A DNA stretch of 63,914 nt, counting the filler, from Rhabdomonas costata (taxonomy: Eukaryota), in the NCBI GenBank assembly GCA_019059605.1. It is 50 parts of 50 records of this genome, joined end to end, with 100 filler letters (N's around TTAATTAATTAA, not from the genome) between each part and the next. Parts side by side here need not be neighbours in the genome. Positions count along the whole stretch, not along the records: positions 61,455 to 62,634 come from JAHMHO010024786.1; positions 62,735 to 63,914 come from JAHMHO010024787.1; 48 more parts are not named here. The stretch is one strand, 5' to 3'. Each line of letters opens with the position of its first letter. Position 1 is the first letter of the stretch. Positions 62,603-63,914 of this stretch are shown in pieces. The notes beneath the pieces were generated by a model. It did not search any database. It was not told the DNA's origin and saw nothing but the letters and a program-made list of their open reading frames with translations. The position numbers and the translations under genes are program-made.

Positions 62603-63914
62603 GTCGGACAGTTCTCCTGTCCTCCCCAACCCACNNNNNNNNNNNNNNNNNNNNNNNNNNNNNNNNNNNNNNNNNNNNTTAATTAATTAANNNNNNNNNN
62701 NNNNNNNNNNNNNNNNNNNNNNNNNNNNNNNNNNTTTTGGGGTGACGTAAGAGAGAGGTGCATCGGGAGGTGCGGGGGAAGGGGACTGCGGAGCAAAGAG
62801 GCCCCGAGAGCAGAAAGAGAGGGAACGGTTTAGAGAACGGTGAGAATGGGAACCTTTGTGGAGGTGTGTGATCAGGGGTGACCGCAAAAGAGAAAAAGCC
62901 CAAACAGAAAACCAAAAGAAGAGGAGAGGAATCAGAATTATGAGTGGGCATGTGCAAGCAAGAGGTAACGTGAACGTACTTCAGGAGCTGTGGGACTCGC
63001 TCAAGGGCTTCATGATCGCTGTCCGCAGAGAAGGCAGGCGAGGTCAGCACCACGAAGTGGGATGGCGGGGGACCATCCTCATGCCCAATCCCATCACAGG
63101 GGAGACCACCACCCTCAAAGCCTCCGACGCTCATTACCCTCACCACGGAATCATCACATGGGATCGCCATCGTGCACACGGCCAAGGTGGAGGTGCGGCG
63201 TAAATAGAAGGTAGAGGGAGAGAAGAAGGAAAGGGACAAACTCAGAGGGAGAGGGTCAAATGGGACTCACGTTTTAAGAGGAAATGGGGGAGGGAGAGGG
63301 GATTCAACCTGATATGGACTGAAATCAGGACAGAAAGGATCTGAAATCAGGCACCGAGCCAAACAAAGGGATCGGAACATTCCACTCCCCGGGGCCCAAA
63401 CAGCGACAACTGTTCCATTTCCATTGGTGGGGTTGTCCTTTGCCGAGGAGACCTTTGCAAGCCTCAGAGTAGATTTCCGTTTTCCAAAATGTTCCCAAGT
63501 CTATAGCCGGGACTAATGGCTAATAACACCGTCAGCTCCTCTTGCATTTCTTTTTTGCCAAACGGCATTAACATTCTGCCTGGGAAACAAATGCCCAAAC
63601 CTGCAGCGTTTGACACAAACAGCAGCACAAATGCAAACGGAGAGGGGAAGGACAGCGTCAAATGTTTTGGCGTCCAGGGTCTGCACTGCCAATAAACCCA
63701 AGAACAAGACCAAGGTTTCCGCCTTTAGGAAGACCTGGCTGAGTGCCCCACAACTCCGCTGGAGCCTTCAACACAGTTGGCATTGTGGCAACCAAGCCAA
63801 GCAATCAAGTTATCTGTTCGATGACAAGCCGAAGCAAGCTCTGGGTTTTTATACAAATTGGTCTCCAAAAAACGCGTGTGGCCGGTCCTTGGGTAAGAAT
63901 TTGTAAAAAAACCC

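Overview
This is not a contiguous locus. It is 50 unrelated contigs of about 1.18 kb each, joined by artificial 100-nt spacers (N44-TTAATTAATTAA-N44), so nothing can be inferred from contig order. Most contigs begin with G/T-only sequence and end with C/A-only sequence, and some retain GGGTGTGTTTGG. This points to GenomePlex-type whole-genome amplification, with several fold-back chimeras at contig ends. Most contigs come from an intron-rich protist nuclear genome of about 50% GC, with short GC-rich exons and mostly GT-AG introns. Several class III nucleotide cyclases, a histidine kinase, a CDA-like deaminase and a pyrimidine tract plus AG just before start codons suggest a euglenozoan, probably a euglenid (inference). 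Recognisable exons encode selenophosphate synthetase, 6-phosphogluconolactonase, UPF0652/DUF2009, PIG-S, WD40 repeats, an EXPERA/EBP protein, cyclases, HisKA, a protein kinase, an ATG2-like protein, kinesin, a TMEM8/PGAP6-family protein, NAD(P)HX dehydratase and a Ty3/gypsy Gag. The main observations are: (1) a very AT-rich, intronless contig (12811-13991) with dUTPase and an alpha/beta hydrolase separated by a perfect 13-bp hairpin, resembling a Mimiviridae-like giant virus; (2) a repeat family with apparent terminal inverted repeats in introns of unrelated genes (MITE/introner-like); (3) an apparent GA-AG intron in the histidine kinase gene.
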